Part shown: positions 48,959-58,595 of the stretch, piece by piece | How the letters are laid out: every line of letters begins with the position of its first letter | Position numbering within the stretch: the stretch's first letter is position 1 | Origin: an uncultured delta proteobacterium | GTDB lineage: Bacteria; Myxococcota_A; Polyangia; Polyangiales; Polyangiaceae | Direction: 5' to 3' | Length of the DNA: 64,000 nucleotides | Assembly: GCA_963782055.1 (NCBI GenBank) | Contig: CAWAIF010000003.1 | Coordinates: forward strand, 5,088,001-5,152,000 | Position numbers and translations under genes: made by a program | Notes under the pieces: model-generated | The model's input: only the letters and a program-made list of their open reading frames with translations | Database searches by the model: none | What the model was told of the DNA's origin: nothing

Positions 48959-49100
48959 CCAGGCATCGTCGATGCTGACGTGGTCGCCACCGTGACGTCC
49001 GCGGCGTCTCCTCGTCGGCCGCGCGGCGCGGCCGACCGCCCCGCCCCGGAGCGAGCTCGCCGCGTCGCTGGACGGCGCGGCCACGGCGTAGACTCGCCGG

Positions 49101-49922
49101 ATGCGAACGTCGCTGCTCTGGATCGTCGCGCTCGGGCCCTTCGCATCGGCGTGCACGCCGCCGGAGAGCCCGAGTCGTGCCATGCCGCCGGATGGGGGCT
49201 CGAGCGCGGCGACCGCGAACCACGACGCGACGACGGATGCCGGACCCGCAACGTGCGCGCAAGGCATCTCCCTCGGAGGCGACAAGGCAGCCAGGCCGCT
49301 CGACGCGGCCGCAGTCGCGCGGCTCGTGAAGATCAAAGACGACGCCAGCGCACCCGCGCTGGCGCGCACGCGGGCGACCCTCGAGCTCGCCGACCTGTAT
49401 CGCAAGGCGAACCACTTCGACGAGGCGATCGCGCTCCTCGGCCCCATCGCGCTGGCCGACCCGCAGCTGGACGTGGGTGAAGCGGCCGTCGAGCCCTACC
49501 TCGATTCGCTACGCCAGATGAAGGAGGGCTGCGCGCCCGAGCTCGAACGCGACGCCATCGCCATACGAGCGCGCTACTGCCCACCCAGTCGAAGAGATCG
49601 CTTCTGCGACGGCATGGCGTTGATCTCCCTCCAGCTGCGCAGGGACAGCGCGCTCCACCTCGCCCAGAGCGATCCTGCGGCGGCGGCCGCCGCATACGAA
49701 TCGCTCTTCATGGACTCCTGCCTCGGTGGCGGGCACGAGGACTGGCGCTGCGACGAGATCGCCTACAACGCCGCGATCTCCTACGCCGGCACGGGCGAGC
49801 CCGCGAAGGCGCGCTCTGTATTGCTGCTTCTGGAGGACCCGAAGAACGGGCTCACGAAGAGCCCGCTCGTGCCGCGGTTGGAGTGTCTGCTCGCCGCGAC
49901 GGATGCCGGGGCCTGCCGCTGA
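49101..49922 (+). CDS. Hypothetical TPR-like lipoprotein
   Basis: Signal ending ASAC; LADLYRKANHFDEAI and IAYNAAISY helical motifs. Confidence 0.7.
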   Translation: MRTSLLWIVALGPFASACTPPESPSRAMPPDGGSSAATANHDATTDAGPATCAQGISLGGDKAARPLDAAAVARLVKIKDDASAPALARTRATLELADLYRKANHFDEAIALLGPIALADPQLDVGEAAVEPYLDSLRQMKEGCAPELERDAIAIRARYCPPSRRDRFCDGMALISLQLRRDSALHLAQSDPAAAAAAYESLFMDSCLGGGHEDWRCDEIAYNAAISYAGTGEPAKARSVLLLLEDPKNGLTKSPLVPRLECLLAATDAGACR

Positions 49923-50239
49923 GGGTCACCCTGTCGCCCGGCGTTCACCCGCTCGCGAACACCACGGCCGGCGGTCGCGACATTCATTGACCCTCGTCGT
50001 CCGCCGCGGCATCGAACCTGATATGGGCGGCCAGTTCACCCAGCGCATCGACTCCACCGCGATACCTGGCGTACGTCACGGCATGTAGCACGATCGCGGG
50101 AGGCTTCGTCAGCAGCCGGCGAAGCTCGTCGAGCCCCATCGGGAGGGCGAGCTCCTTCCTGATTCTCGCAAGATCGCGCACTCCACCCGGAGGCATGGCG
50201 GTCACGAGAATCTCGCCCCGCCGCGACCAGTCCTCTCCC

Positions 50240-51683
50240 CATGCCCGATCTCTTAAGCACCGATCGCCCCAAGTTTGAGGGCGATTCGTTTCCTGGAGCG
50301 TGAAGGTTGTCGTTCGCGTGCCAGAGCGACGAGTGCCGCGCCCACGGTGGTCACGACGGCAGTCCACGCGGCGGTGCTCAGGGAGACGAGGGCGTCGACC
50401 AGGTCCCGCGCGTAGGCGCGCACGACGTGCAACGTCGCCAGGGGGCGCAGTTGCTCGAGAGGGACGTCGCGCGCGAGTGCAGCCTGGATCCTGACCGAGC
50501 GCACGAGCGCGTGGGCGAGCATCGCGCCGTAGGTGAGCGCCTTGATCGCGTGGGGATCGGCGGTGAAGGAGCGGCCGAGGTCGGCGGTCTGCTTCAGCTC
50601 GCGAAAGAGCAGCTCGATCAGCCAGCGGAGTCGGTAGGTCTGGATGATCTGCCGTGGCGAGAGCACGCTGCGCGGCACGGTGGTCAGGTACCAGCGGATG
50701 ACGGTCGACTTGTGCGCGAGTCCCACGAGCCGCAATGCGACGGTGTCCTTGCCCTTGCCCCACGTCACGTCGAGGTCGAAGATCGTCCCGCGCTTGCGCG
50801 ACACGCTCTGCAGGTAGTAGCCAAGCGACCAGTTGTGGAGCGGGGTGTGGCCGTTCTCCGAGATGTGCGCGGTCACGCGTACCTTCGCCGTGGTCTTGAG
50901 GCGCATCAGCACGTGCGCGCCGGCAGCCTTCGCCTGCGTGAACAGAGCGCGCTCGAAAAAGCCGAGGTCGAAGAGGTAGAGCACCCCGCGCGTGAAGCTC
51001 GGGACCAGCTTCCGCCACAGCGGCGTCTCCGACGCGGTCTCCGCGTCGGAGACGCCGTGCTCGAGCAGGCCGGTCTTGATGCTGTAGCCCATCACCCACT
51101 TGGTGCCGGCCTTGCCCTTGGTGCATCCCGGCAGCAGCTCGCGCCCGCGCGGTGGCACGCGCTGCCCCGTACCGTCGTAGACCCGCACGTCCTCGAAGCG
51201 GGCGAGCGGCCCGCTCAGCTCCAGGCCCGCCGCCTTCGTCACCGACGCCACGAGGTGCTCGAGCGCCGCGCGGAAGAACGCCGCCGCCGACTCCTGCTTG
51301 AACCGCTTCTGGAACGGGCACGGGCGCATGAAGCCGAAGCGCCTCACGAAGATCGCCCGCAGCGACTCGAACGACAGCGTCTGGCCCGCGAGGAACCCCT
51401 CGACGACCGTGAGCACCAGGCGGAACGCGGTGGCGCGCCGCTGCCGCGGGTTGTAGCCGGTGCGGCCCCGAAGCTCGTCGATGACCGCCGGCGTGAAGGT
51501 CCGCTGCAGCTGCTCCTCCACCGCGCTCGCCTCTTCGCTCGGGTCTGGACGGCTGCTCGTGGCTCGGGTAGCTCTCGTCGTCATCGGGCGTCCTCTCCTT
51601 GTTGGTGTCGCAACCGAACAACGAGAAAGGCGCCCGATTTATTTCCATCATTCCGCCACGTTATGTCCAAAGGATTGGCCATG
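50240..51683 (-). mobile_element. IS4-family element (IS231-like ends), 1444 bp
   Basis: Imperfect IRs catgcccgatctctt / catggccaatccttt; 10-bp direct repeat gtcctctccc at 50230-50239 and 51684-51693. Confidence 0.93.
50253..51584 (-). CDS. IS4-family DDE transposase
   Basis: YDGT, FDLGF, YRLRWLIELLFRELK (YREK signature); stop codon lies in the IR. Confidence 0.95.
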   Translation of the reverse strand: MTTRATRATSSRPDPSEEASAVEEQLQRTFTPAVIDELRGRTGYNPRQRRATAFRLVLTVVEGFLAGQTLSFESLRAIFVRRFGFMRPCPFQKRFKQESAAAFFRAALEHLVASVTKAAGLELSGPLARFEDVRVYDGTGQRVPPRGRELLPGCTKGKAGTKWVMGYSIKTGLLEHGVSDAETASETPLWRKLVPSFTRGVLYLFDLGFFERALFTQAKAAGAHVLMRLKTTAKVRVTAHISENGHTPLHNWSLGYYLQSVSRKRGTIFDLDVTWGKGKDTVALRLVGLAHKSTVIRWYLTTVPRSVLSPRQIIQTYRLRWLIELLFRELKQTADLGRSFTADPHAIKALTYGAMLAHALVRSVRIQAALARDVPLEQLRPLATLHVVRAYARDLVDALVSLSTAAWTAVVTTVGAALVALARERQPSRSRKRIALKLGAIGA

Positions 51684-52032
51684 GTCCTCTCCCTCGTCCT
51701 CCGGCAGCGGACAGCCCTCGATCAGCCAACTCACATAGCTCGCTGCCAGGACCGAGCGCGCGTCGAGAGAACTGTCGTCGGCCTGGTACAGCATCTCCGC
51801 GTCCGCGCGCGCTTCCATCAGGAACAAGCGGCCGCCGCTGTCATCACCAACGGCGACGAACTCGGGGGCATACGCGGACACGCCCAGAGTATCGTTGCGC
51901 TCGGCCATCCACTTCGTCGAGTACAGCAGGACGCCCGAGTCCGAATGGAGGCCGTCCGTCAGCCGCCAGAGGCGCTTCACGACATCGGGGACGACTCTGT
52001 CGAGGTCACGTGCTGCGCGCAAGATGGCCTCC

Positions 52033-52902
52033 TCAGACGCCGGCTCGGTCAGATGGAGGGCGGCGTCTTCGCCCAGCTTGCTTCCCAAGTGTGCGTTCCG
52101 GAAATTCTGAGGACTGTTTTCCAGAAAATCTGACAGCCCCTGTGTCTCGGTCATCGAGCCGGAGTTCGTCCTCGGGAAGGTGCTTCGTCCTGAGCGATGG
52201 CCCGTCGAGACGTAGCAGCCGACCGTGCTCGAGGATTCGATCGACGATGGCCTTGGCGAGGTCATCGTCGTGCAGGACGGCCCCCCAGCGCTTCGGGTGC
52301 TTGTTGGTGGTGAAGACCATGGCGCGGCGGCGGATGTGTCGGTCGTTGACGACGTGGTAGAGCACGTTGGCGGCATCGTCGCCGTAGCCAAGGTAACCGA
52401 CCTCGTCGACCACCAGGACGTGAGGCTTGACGTAGCGCCCGAGCGTGTCGCGCATGGTGCCGTCACGACTGGCGGCGGACAGGTCGTCGATGAGCTCCGC
52501 CGCGGTCGTGAAGAGCGCATCGAAGCCGTTCTGCATCGCGCGGTACGCGATGGCGACGGCGAGGTGCGTCTTGCCGCGGCCAGGCTTGCCCTCGAGGATG
52601 ACCGAATGACCTTCGGTGACGAAGTCCGGGGTGAGCAGCGAGCCGATGGTCGTGAGGCGCAGGCTCGACTGGTAGGTGAAGTCGAACTCCTCGATGGTGC
52701 GCAGGAAGGGAAAGCCGGCGGCGCGGACGGCGCGAGCGAGCCGCGTGCCGCGGCGATGCGCGACCTCCTCCGAGAAGAGCGTGAGGAGCAGCGCGTCGTA
52801 CGACCAGTCTTCCTTCTCGGCGCGCTGGACGAGGTCGCGCCAGGTGCGGCGCGCGTTGGCGAGGTGCAGGCGCTTGAGCAGCGGGTCGAGGTCGGAGCTC
52901 AC
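52033..52902 (-). CDS. istB: IS21 helper ATPase
   Basis: GKPGRGKT, LVVDEVGY, TTN, AIVDRILEH; GTGA coupling to istA; stop lies outside the element. Confidence 0.95.
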   Translation of the reverse strand: MSSDLDPLLKRLHLANARRTWRDLVQRAEKEDWSYDALLLTLFSEEVAHRRGTRLARAVRAAGFPFLRTIEEFDFTYQSSLRLTTIGSLLTPDFVTEGHSVILEGKPGRGKTHLAVAIAYRAMQNGFDALFTTAAELIDDLSAASRDGTMRDTLGRYVKPHVLVVDEVGYLGYGDDAANVLYHVVNDRHIRRRAMVFTTNKHPKRWGAVLHDDDLAKAIVDRILEHGRLLRLDGPSLRTKHLPEDELRLDDRDTGAVRFSGKQSSEFPERTLGKQAGRRRRPPSDRAGV

Positions 52903-54520
52903 GAGGCACCTCCCTTCGAGCCCGCGCGGCCCAAGGGCAAGCCGAGCTGGTGAGGCTGTCGCCCGCGCGGTTGCGCCACTGCGGCACGGAGGCGTGCGCC
53001 TCCGCGCCTCCGGGCGCTCAACGCCTGCAGAGCGTGCTTGACGCCGGCGACGGACAAGGTGCCGGAGCGGACCGCGCGCCCCATCGCGTCGCGCAAGACG
53101 TCGTCACCGTACTGCTCGAGCAGCGCGTAGAGGTCCTCGACGCGACGGCTGGCGAGCTTCGGCTCGCGGTGGGTGATCTCGGTGAGCAGCGCGAGGGCAT
53201 CGGAGCCGAGGTTGAGCAGCTGCTGGCGCTTCTCGTAGAGCTTGGCGCGCTTGCCGTGGACGGCGGCGATCTTGGCGGCGCGATGCTCTGGCAGCGGCGC
53301 GGGTGGCTCGCCCTTGCGCCTTCGGCGGTGCCACGCCTCGAAGCGGCCGGCGACGATGTGCAGGCGCTCCTCGTAGAGGAAGAGGGTGCCGGCGACATGC
53401 GTCGCCTGCGGCGGCATCGAGTACGGCACGCCCTCGAACATCACCTCGGCGGTGGGGCCCACGAAGACGGGGACGCGCAGGGCGAGCTTTTCCGGAAAGA
53501 CCTTGACGGGGCGCAGGCGCGCGAGCTCCTCCTGGCGCCGTGTTTCCGGAATCTCGCCGGTGGCGCGCGAAGGCGTCCTGGTGTTGATCTCGACCTGCCA
53601 CGCGGCGAGCTGCGCCTCGAGATCGGCTTCGTCCTGGAACTTGCGGTGCTTGAAGAAGGAGCTCTTCACCCAGCCGACGAGCCGCTCGACCGAGCCCTTC
53701 TGGTTGCCGCTGCGCGGCGCGCACATCTCCACGCCGACGCCGATGTCCACGATGGCCTGCGCGAAGGTGGCGTTGAACTCCTCGACGTCGCGCCCCTTGC
53801 CGGACTTCTTCACGATGGTCCTGGGGCGGTCGAAGACGGCCATCAGGGGCAACCCGCCGAAGGCGACGAAGTGGCGCGCCAGGCAGCGCACAACCGTCTC
53901 GACGCGCTCGTTGTCGACGAGGGAGACGGCGACGAAGCGCGAGTACTTCAGGCGCGAGGCGAAGAAGTGGAACCGCTTCTTGCGGCCGCCCACGAACGTG
54001 ACGTCGACGTGGCCGAAGTCGTGCTGCGAGAACTCGCCGGGCAGGCCCTCGAAGCGCACGACGGGGGCGGCGCGGGGTGGGCGGACGCCGGCGACCAGGG
54101 CGTAGAAGGCCGACTTGTGTCCCGCGTACCCCGCCTGCGTCGCGCGACGCAGCAGCTCCTGGGTCGGAAGCTCGGGCTCCTCGGCGAGCCACGTGCGAAC
54201 GCGCTCGGCGAAGGGCGTGGCTTTCGACGGCCGGCCGATGCCACGACCCACACGCGCCGCGGCGTCATCGACGACCGCCACCTCCTCCTCGCGCCTGACG
54301 CGGTCAACAGTCGCGACCGACGTACCCGTGCGCTCGGCAACGTCCTTGCGGGTGTGCCCCGCGTGAAGCAAGACCTGGATTTCGTGGCGCTTGAGCAGAG
54401 GCAGCATCTCCTCCGCATGCACCCGCCTGTGAGCCATCACCGGGGATTCCATCATGAGGTGCCTCTCTTCCGGGAGCCCTAGATTTTCCGGAATGGGTGC
54501 CCTCAGATTCGGAACCATCA
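52090..54520 (-). mobile_element. IS21-family element (~2.43 kb)
   Basis: TG...CA ends; repeated ttcc(g/a)gaaa(a/t)tct motifs at both ends; flanking direct repeat ccaag (or ccaagtg if the end is 52092) at 52085 and 54521. Confidence 0.93.
52899..54407 (-). CDS. istA: IS21 transposase
   Basis: N-terminal HTH; RFEGLPGEFSQHDF, FDRP, KGSVER (DDE). Start uncertain. Confidence 0.95.
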   Translation of the reverse strand: MLPLLKRHEIQVLLHAGHTRKDVAERTGTSVATVDRVRREEEVAVVDDAAARVGRGIGRPSKATPFAERVRTWLAEEPELPTQELLRRATQAGYAGHKSAFYALVAGVRPPRAAPVVRFEGLPGEFSQHDFGHVDVTFVGGRKKRFHFFASRLKYSRFVAVSLVDNERVETVVRCLARHFVAFGGLPLMAVFDRPRTIVKKSGKGRDVEEFNATFAQAIVDIGVGVEMCAPRSGNQKGSVERLVGWVKSSFFKHRKFQDEADLEAQLAAWQVEINTRTPSRATGEIPETRRQEELARLRPVKVFPEKLALRVPVFVGPTAEVMFEGVPYSMPPQATHVAGTLFLYEERLHIVAGRFEAWHRRRRKGEPPAPLPEHRAAKIAAVHGKRAKLYEKRQQLLNLGSDALALLTEITHREPKLASRRVEDLYALLEQYGDDVLRDAMGRAVRSGTLSVAGVKHALQALSARRRGGARLRAAVAQPRGRQPHQLGLPLGRAGSKGGAS

Positions 54521-54703
54521 CCAAGTGCTCCCAGTTCATCGCAGTGCCTGTAGCTCCTCTTCGTGACCTTTCGCGCGACTGGAAGGCGCTGGGGCCTGAT
54601 CGAGCTCACTCATTTCGTCGATCACGCCTGCACGCTGAAGTTCACCGGCTGCGTCCCGCTCCCGGTCGAAGACCATCTGCGGCCCCGTGATGGGGCGATC
54701 GTC

Positions 54704-54805
54704 CCGTCACGCGCGCGCGGACTGCGGGGCGACGCAAGTCAGAAGCGCCGCCGCGATGCGATGTCGCGGTCTTGCCCCCGTTCGCACGATGGCACCTTGG
54801 ATGCA
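54704..54805 (+). promoter_or_regulatory. Sigma54 promoter module, copy A
   Basis: TGCGgggcgaCGCA (54723-54736), GCGATgTCGC (54758-54767), TGGCACcttggaTGCA (54790-54805). Confidence 0.8.
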
Positions 54806-54867
54806 ACGGCAGACCAGTCCCGGCCGCGCATCCGGTGCAGCCACAGGTCAGAGGGAGCCCTCCTATC

Positions 54868-56412
54868 ATGTCGACCAAACGAGCGTTTCTCCAGTCCACT
54901 GCGCCGGCAGGCGCCGCCGTCACCACTGCGCCGGTCTCCGTGCCCGCCCGGGTGCCGAGCGGCGGAGCAAGAGCGCCTGACATGAAGTTCTCGACGCCGA
55001 TACCGCGAGGCCTCGCATCTCCCGCCACGGTACAGACGCGCCTGGGGGAGCTGAAGCTGACCGATGGCTTCCCGGAGAAGGCCACGGCCGCATTGCTGCT
55101 CGACAACCTGGACTTCCAGCGCGCCGTGCAAGCGTATCTTCTGGCAATTCCCGCCGCCAGCCAGGTCGCCGACCGGAACGCGTGCTTGGCCCTGGGACCG
55201 GTGAACCGGACCATCCCGATCTGGGCGCACCTCGTCGACTCGCGAACCGTCGGCCTGACGTTCAACGACAACACCGTCTACAGCTGGGGCTGGGTCAACC
55301 TGAAGGACGGCCCGCTCGTGCTCGAAGTCCCCCCCATGGTGCTGGGTGGGATCAACGACATCTGGTTCCGCTGGGTGATCGACCTGGGCATCACCGGACC
55401 GGACAAGGGTAAGGGAGGCAAGTACCTGCTGCTGCCGCCCGGCTACGACGGCGACGTGCCCGAGGGCTACCATGTCGTCCGCTCCCAAACCTACAACCTG
55501 TGGGTCCCGTGGAGGAGCTTCCTCGTGGACGGCGACCCCGCGCCGGGTGTCGAGTCGGTCAAGAAGTACACGAAGATCCATCCGCTTGCCGAGAAGGACG
55601 AGCCGGCTCCGGATCTCACCTTCGTCGATGTGTCGGGCAAGCCCTTCAACATCATCAACGCGGCCGACTACACGTTCTGGGATCTGCTCAACCAGGCCGT
55701 CCAGGAGGAGCCGCCCGAATCGCTCGACCAGATCCGGATGGGCTACTACGCCTCCATCGGGATCGAACATGGCAAGCCGTTCGCGCCCGACGCGCGGATG
55801 AAGAAGATCCTGACGGAGGCCGCCGCCGTCGGTGACGCGACCGCCCGCGCGCTGACGTTCCACTGGCGCCAGAAGGACGGCTATTACTACGAGAACAGCA
55901 ACTGGCAACGGCCGTTCGTCGGTGGCTACCTGTTTCAGTCGCAGCCGGGCGTCCTGAACCTCGATGCCTACTCGTACTATTACTTCCTCGCGACCGGGGT
56001 CACGCCGGCGATGGAGGAGAAGCTCGTCGGACGCGGGTCGCAGTACGCATGGGCCTGTCGTGACGCGGGCGGCAACGCCCTCGACGGCGGCAAGTCGTAC
56101 ACGCTGCATCTGCCACCGAACGTCCCGGTGAAGGACTTCTGGTCGGTCATCCTCTACAGCAACCAGACGCGTTCGATGCTCCAGACCGACAAGCGGTTCC
56201 CCAGTGTCAGCAGCCAGGACAAGGGCCTTCAGGTGAACCCGGACGGATCGATTGACGTCTATTTCGGGCCGCGGGCACCGGACGGCAAGGAGGCCAACTG
56301 GGTTCAGACGGTCCCCGGGAAAGGGTGGAACACGCTTCTGCGCCTCTATGGTCCGCTGGAACCCTGGTATGACCGGTCGTGGCGTCCGGGGGAAATAGAG
56401 CTGCAGGGGTAA
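54868..56412 (+). CDS. DUF1254/DUF1214 domain protein
   Basis: LTFNDNTVYS, DGPLVLEVP, GPDKGKGGKYL, LDGGKSY.L.LP, FWSVILY, NPDGSIDVYFGP, LRLYGP. Start 54868 or 54982. Confidence 0.92.
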   Translation: MSTKRAFLQSTAPAGAAVTTAPVSVPARVPSGGARAPDMKFSTPIPRGLASPATVQTRLGELKLTDGFPEKATAALLLDNLDFQRAVQAYLLAIPAASQVADRNACLALGPVNRTIPIWAHLVDSRTVGLTFNDNTVYSWGWVNLKDGPLVLEVPPMVLGGINDIWFRWVIDLGITGPDKGKGGKYLLLPPGYDGDVPEGYHVVRSQTYNLWVPWRSFLVDGDPAPGVESVKKYTKIHPLAEKDEPAPDLTFVDVSGKPFNIINAADYTFWDLLNQAVQEEPPESLDQIRMGYYASIGIEHGKPFAPDARMKKILTEAAAVGDATARALTFHWRQKDGYYYENSNWQRPFVGGYLFQSQPGVLNLDAYSYYYFLATGVTPAMEEKLVGRGSQYAWACRDAGGNALDGGKSYTLHLPPNVPVKDFWSVILYSNQTRSMLQTDKRFPSVSSQDKGLQVNPDGSIDVYFGPRAPDGKEANWVQTVPGKGWNTLLRLYGPLEPWYDRSWRPGEIELQG

Positions 56413-56448
56413 GCCGCCAGATCGCTGCGAGGACACTGGCCGGGAAGC

Positions 56449-57327
56449 TCACCCGCCAGGCGCCCCGGCGGTGACTCGCTCGTGCGCGGCGCGCGCGAAG
56501 GCGACCACGCGGCGAGCCACGTCGTTCACGTCGTCGAGCTGCGGGCTGTGTCCCATGCCGTGCGGCTGGTCGATGGTCGCTCCAAGCAAATGCGCGCGGA
56601 AGAACTCCAGATTGGACGCGGGCAAGAGGCGGTCGCTGCGGCCCCAGAGGAGATGCACCGGCATGGTCAAACCCCGGAGGTCGGCCGCGGCCAGCGAGTG
56701 CCTGCCACGCACGTCGTGCACGAGCGCGCGAAGCGAGCGGGCGCGGTAGCGGCGGCGCAGGTTCCACGCGATGACGTGCCGGAGCGGGCCGGGCTCCTCG
56801 TGGAAGACGGTCTGGATGAAGCGCAGCGCGGCGGCGTGGGTGTCGAAGTGCAACCGGTGTCCGAGCGCCTCGAGCTCGTGGGGCGCCATCGGCGCCCCGG
56901 CCGGCGACGCGAGGAACAGCCCGCGCACGTGGCGAGGGCGCGCGAGCGCGAAGCGGATCGCCGCGAGACCTCCGAGCGAGTTGCCGAAGACGACCGCGGG
57001 CTCGTCGAGCGTCTCGTCGAGCGCTTCGCCGAGTCCGTCGAGGCACTCGCCGACGTCGAGATCCGCGGGGGCCTCGCTCGCGCCGTGCCCGGGCAGGTCG
57101 GGCGCGATGACGCGGCGAACATGCGGGCGCAATCGCTGCAGGAGGGGCAAATAGTCTGCGCCCCGGGAGCCGAGGCCGTGCAGGAGAACGAGCGTCGGGC
57201 CCTCGCCGCGACCTCTCCCATCCAGGATGCGCACGTCCCCCGTGCGTGTCCGGACGCTGCGGATCCTGTAGCCCAGCGCCGAGAGCGTCGCGGAGACTGC
57301 GGCGTGACCGAGGTCGAATCGAGGCAT
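56449..57327 (-). CDS. Alpha/beta hydrolase
   Basis: LLHGLG, DLPGHG, GNSLGG nucleophile, WGRSD, GHSPQ. Confidence 0.92.
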   Translation of the reverse strand: MPRFDLGHAAVSATLSALGYRIRSVRTRTGDVRILDGRGRGEGPTLVLLHGLGSRGADYLPLLQRLRPHVRRVIAPDLPGHGASEAPADLDVGECLDGLGEALDETLDEPAVVFGNSLGGLAAIRFALARPRHVRGLFLASPAGAPMAPHELEALGHRLHFDTHAAALRFIQTVFHEEPGPLRHVIAWNLRRRYRARSLRALVHDVRGRHSLAAADLRGLTMPVHLLWGRSDRLLPASNLEFFRAHLLGATIDQPHGMGHSPQLDDVNDVARRVVAFARAAHERVTAGAPGG

Positions 57328-57412
57328 CTGGTCAAGCCAACGTAACCTGCTGCTCCGAGGGATGCAGCTCAGCCCATGGCGAAGCACGATTATTGCTGTG
57401 CTCCTGGTCACG

Positions 57413-58585
57413 ATGCGGATCCTCGTCACCAGCTCCCGCATGCCGCACGCGCTCGACGTGATCCGCAAGCTCGGCCGCGAAGGGCACGAGGTCTACGCGA
57501 CCGACACGTTCCACACGGCGCCCGGGAGCCACTCGCGATTCGTGAGGGAGTCCTTCATCACCGCGGCGCCCGCGTTCGAGGGCGCCCGCTTTCTCGCCGA
57601 CGTCGAGCGGATCGTCCGCGCGCGCGACATCGAGCTGATCGTGCCGGGCTTCGAGGAGGTGTTCCTCCTGGCGAGGCACGTCGATTCGTTCGCGCCTCGA
57701 GCGAAGGTCTTCTGCTCCTCGTTCGAGACGCTGACGCGGCTGCACGACAAGTCGGCGTTCGTCGAGCTGGCGCGGTCGCTCGCGCTCCCCGTCCCCGACA
57801 CGGCCCTCGCGACGAGCCGCGACGCTCTCGCGCGCGCCACGGCTGCCTTTCCGGAGTATCTCGCGCGCCCGGCGTTCTCACGCGGCGGCGTCGACCTGCT
57901 CACCAACGTCGGCCCGCTCGCGGGCAACCTCTCCCCCGACGCGTGCGAAGTGACCGCCGCGCGGCCGTGGATCGTGCAGCGCTTCGTGCACGGCGAGGAC
58001 GTCTGCACCTTCAGCGTGGCGCACCGTGGCCGCGTCGTCGCGCACTCCGCGTACGTTCACCCGAAGACGATCGAGCACGCGGGTGGGATCTCCTTCGAGT
58101 CCGTCGTCGAGCCCGAGTCCCTCGCGATCACGCAGCGGATCGTCGCGCACCTCGGCTACGAGGGCCACATCTCGCTCGACTTCATCCGCACGGCCGGCGG
58201 CCTCGTCCTCGTCGAGTGCAACCCGCGACCGACGGCGGGGGTGTTCATGATGGGGGCGAAGCCCTACGTCGACGCCCTGCTCACTCCTTCCGACGGCCCG
58301 CCGTACGTCCCCCCCGGCGGGGTTCGCATGCAGATCACCTCGGCGATCCTGCGCGACATGCTCCGCGACTGGCACCAGATCCCGTCCGACGTGAAGGCGC
58401 TGTTCTCGGGGGCCGCGGAGGTCTACGCGCAGCCGGACGACCTCGCGCCGGGCCTCTTCCAGATCCTCTCGTACAGCCACGTGTTCGCGTTTCGCCATCG
58501 GCTTCACGTGAAGCGACATCAACACACGGACCTCATCGCCGCGCAGTTCTACGACATCGAGTGGAACGGAGGCGAGCTGCCGTGA
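57413..58585 (+). CDS. ATP-grasp fold protein
   Basis: IVPGFEE, LHDK, PVPDT, RPAFSRGG, WIVQRFV.G, GHISLDF, VECNPR. Confidence 0.9.
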   Translation: MRILVTSSRMPHALDVIRKLGREGHEVYATDTFHTAPGSHSRFVRESFITAAPAFEGARFLADVERIVRARDIELIVPGFEEVFLLARHVDSFAPRAKVFCSSFETLTRLHDKSAFVELARSLALPVPDTALATSRDALARATAAFPEYLARPAFSRGGVDLLTNVGPLAGNLSPDACEVTAARPWIVQRFVHGEDVCTFSVAHRGRVVAHSAYVHPKTIEHAGGISFESVVEPESLAITQRIVAHLGYEGHISLDFIRTAGGLVLVECNPRPTAGVFMMGAKPYVDALLTPSDGPPYVPPGGVRMQITSAILRDMLRDWHQIPSDVKALFSGAAEVYAQPDDLAPGLFQILSYSHVFAFRHRLHVKRHQHTDLIAAQFYDIEWNGGELP

Positions 58586-58595
58586 AAGGAGCGCC

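Larger units (their letters stand above)
49984..54539 (-). pseudogene. SMI1/KNR4 (SUKH) family gene split into three pieces by two IS elements
   Basis: Joining 54539-54521, 52084-51684 and 50229-49984 gives 666 nt in frame: MNWEHLGSKL...PASEEAI...VP......W...DG...VAVGDDSGG...EGEDWSRR...EGQ*. Confidence 0.88.

Noticed and set aside
54536..54676. Short minus-strand ORF whose stop overlaps the SMI1/KNR4 ATG, as a cognate toxin
   Set aside because: Under 50 codons, closed upstream by a stop, no toxin motif; at best a remnant.
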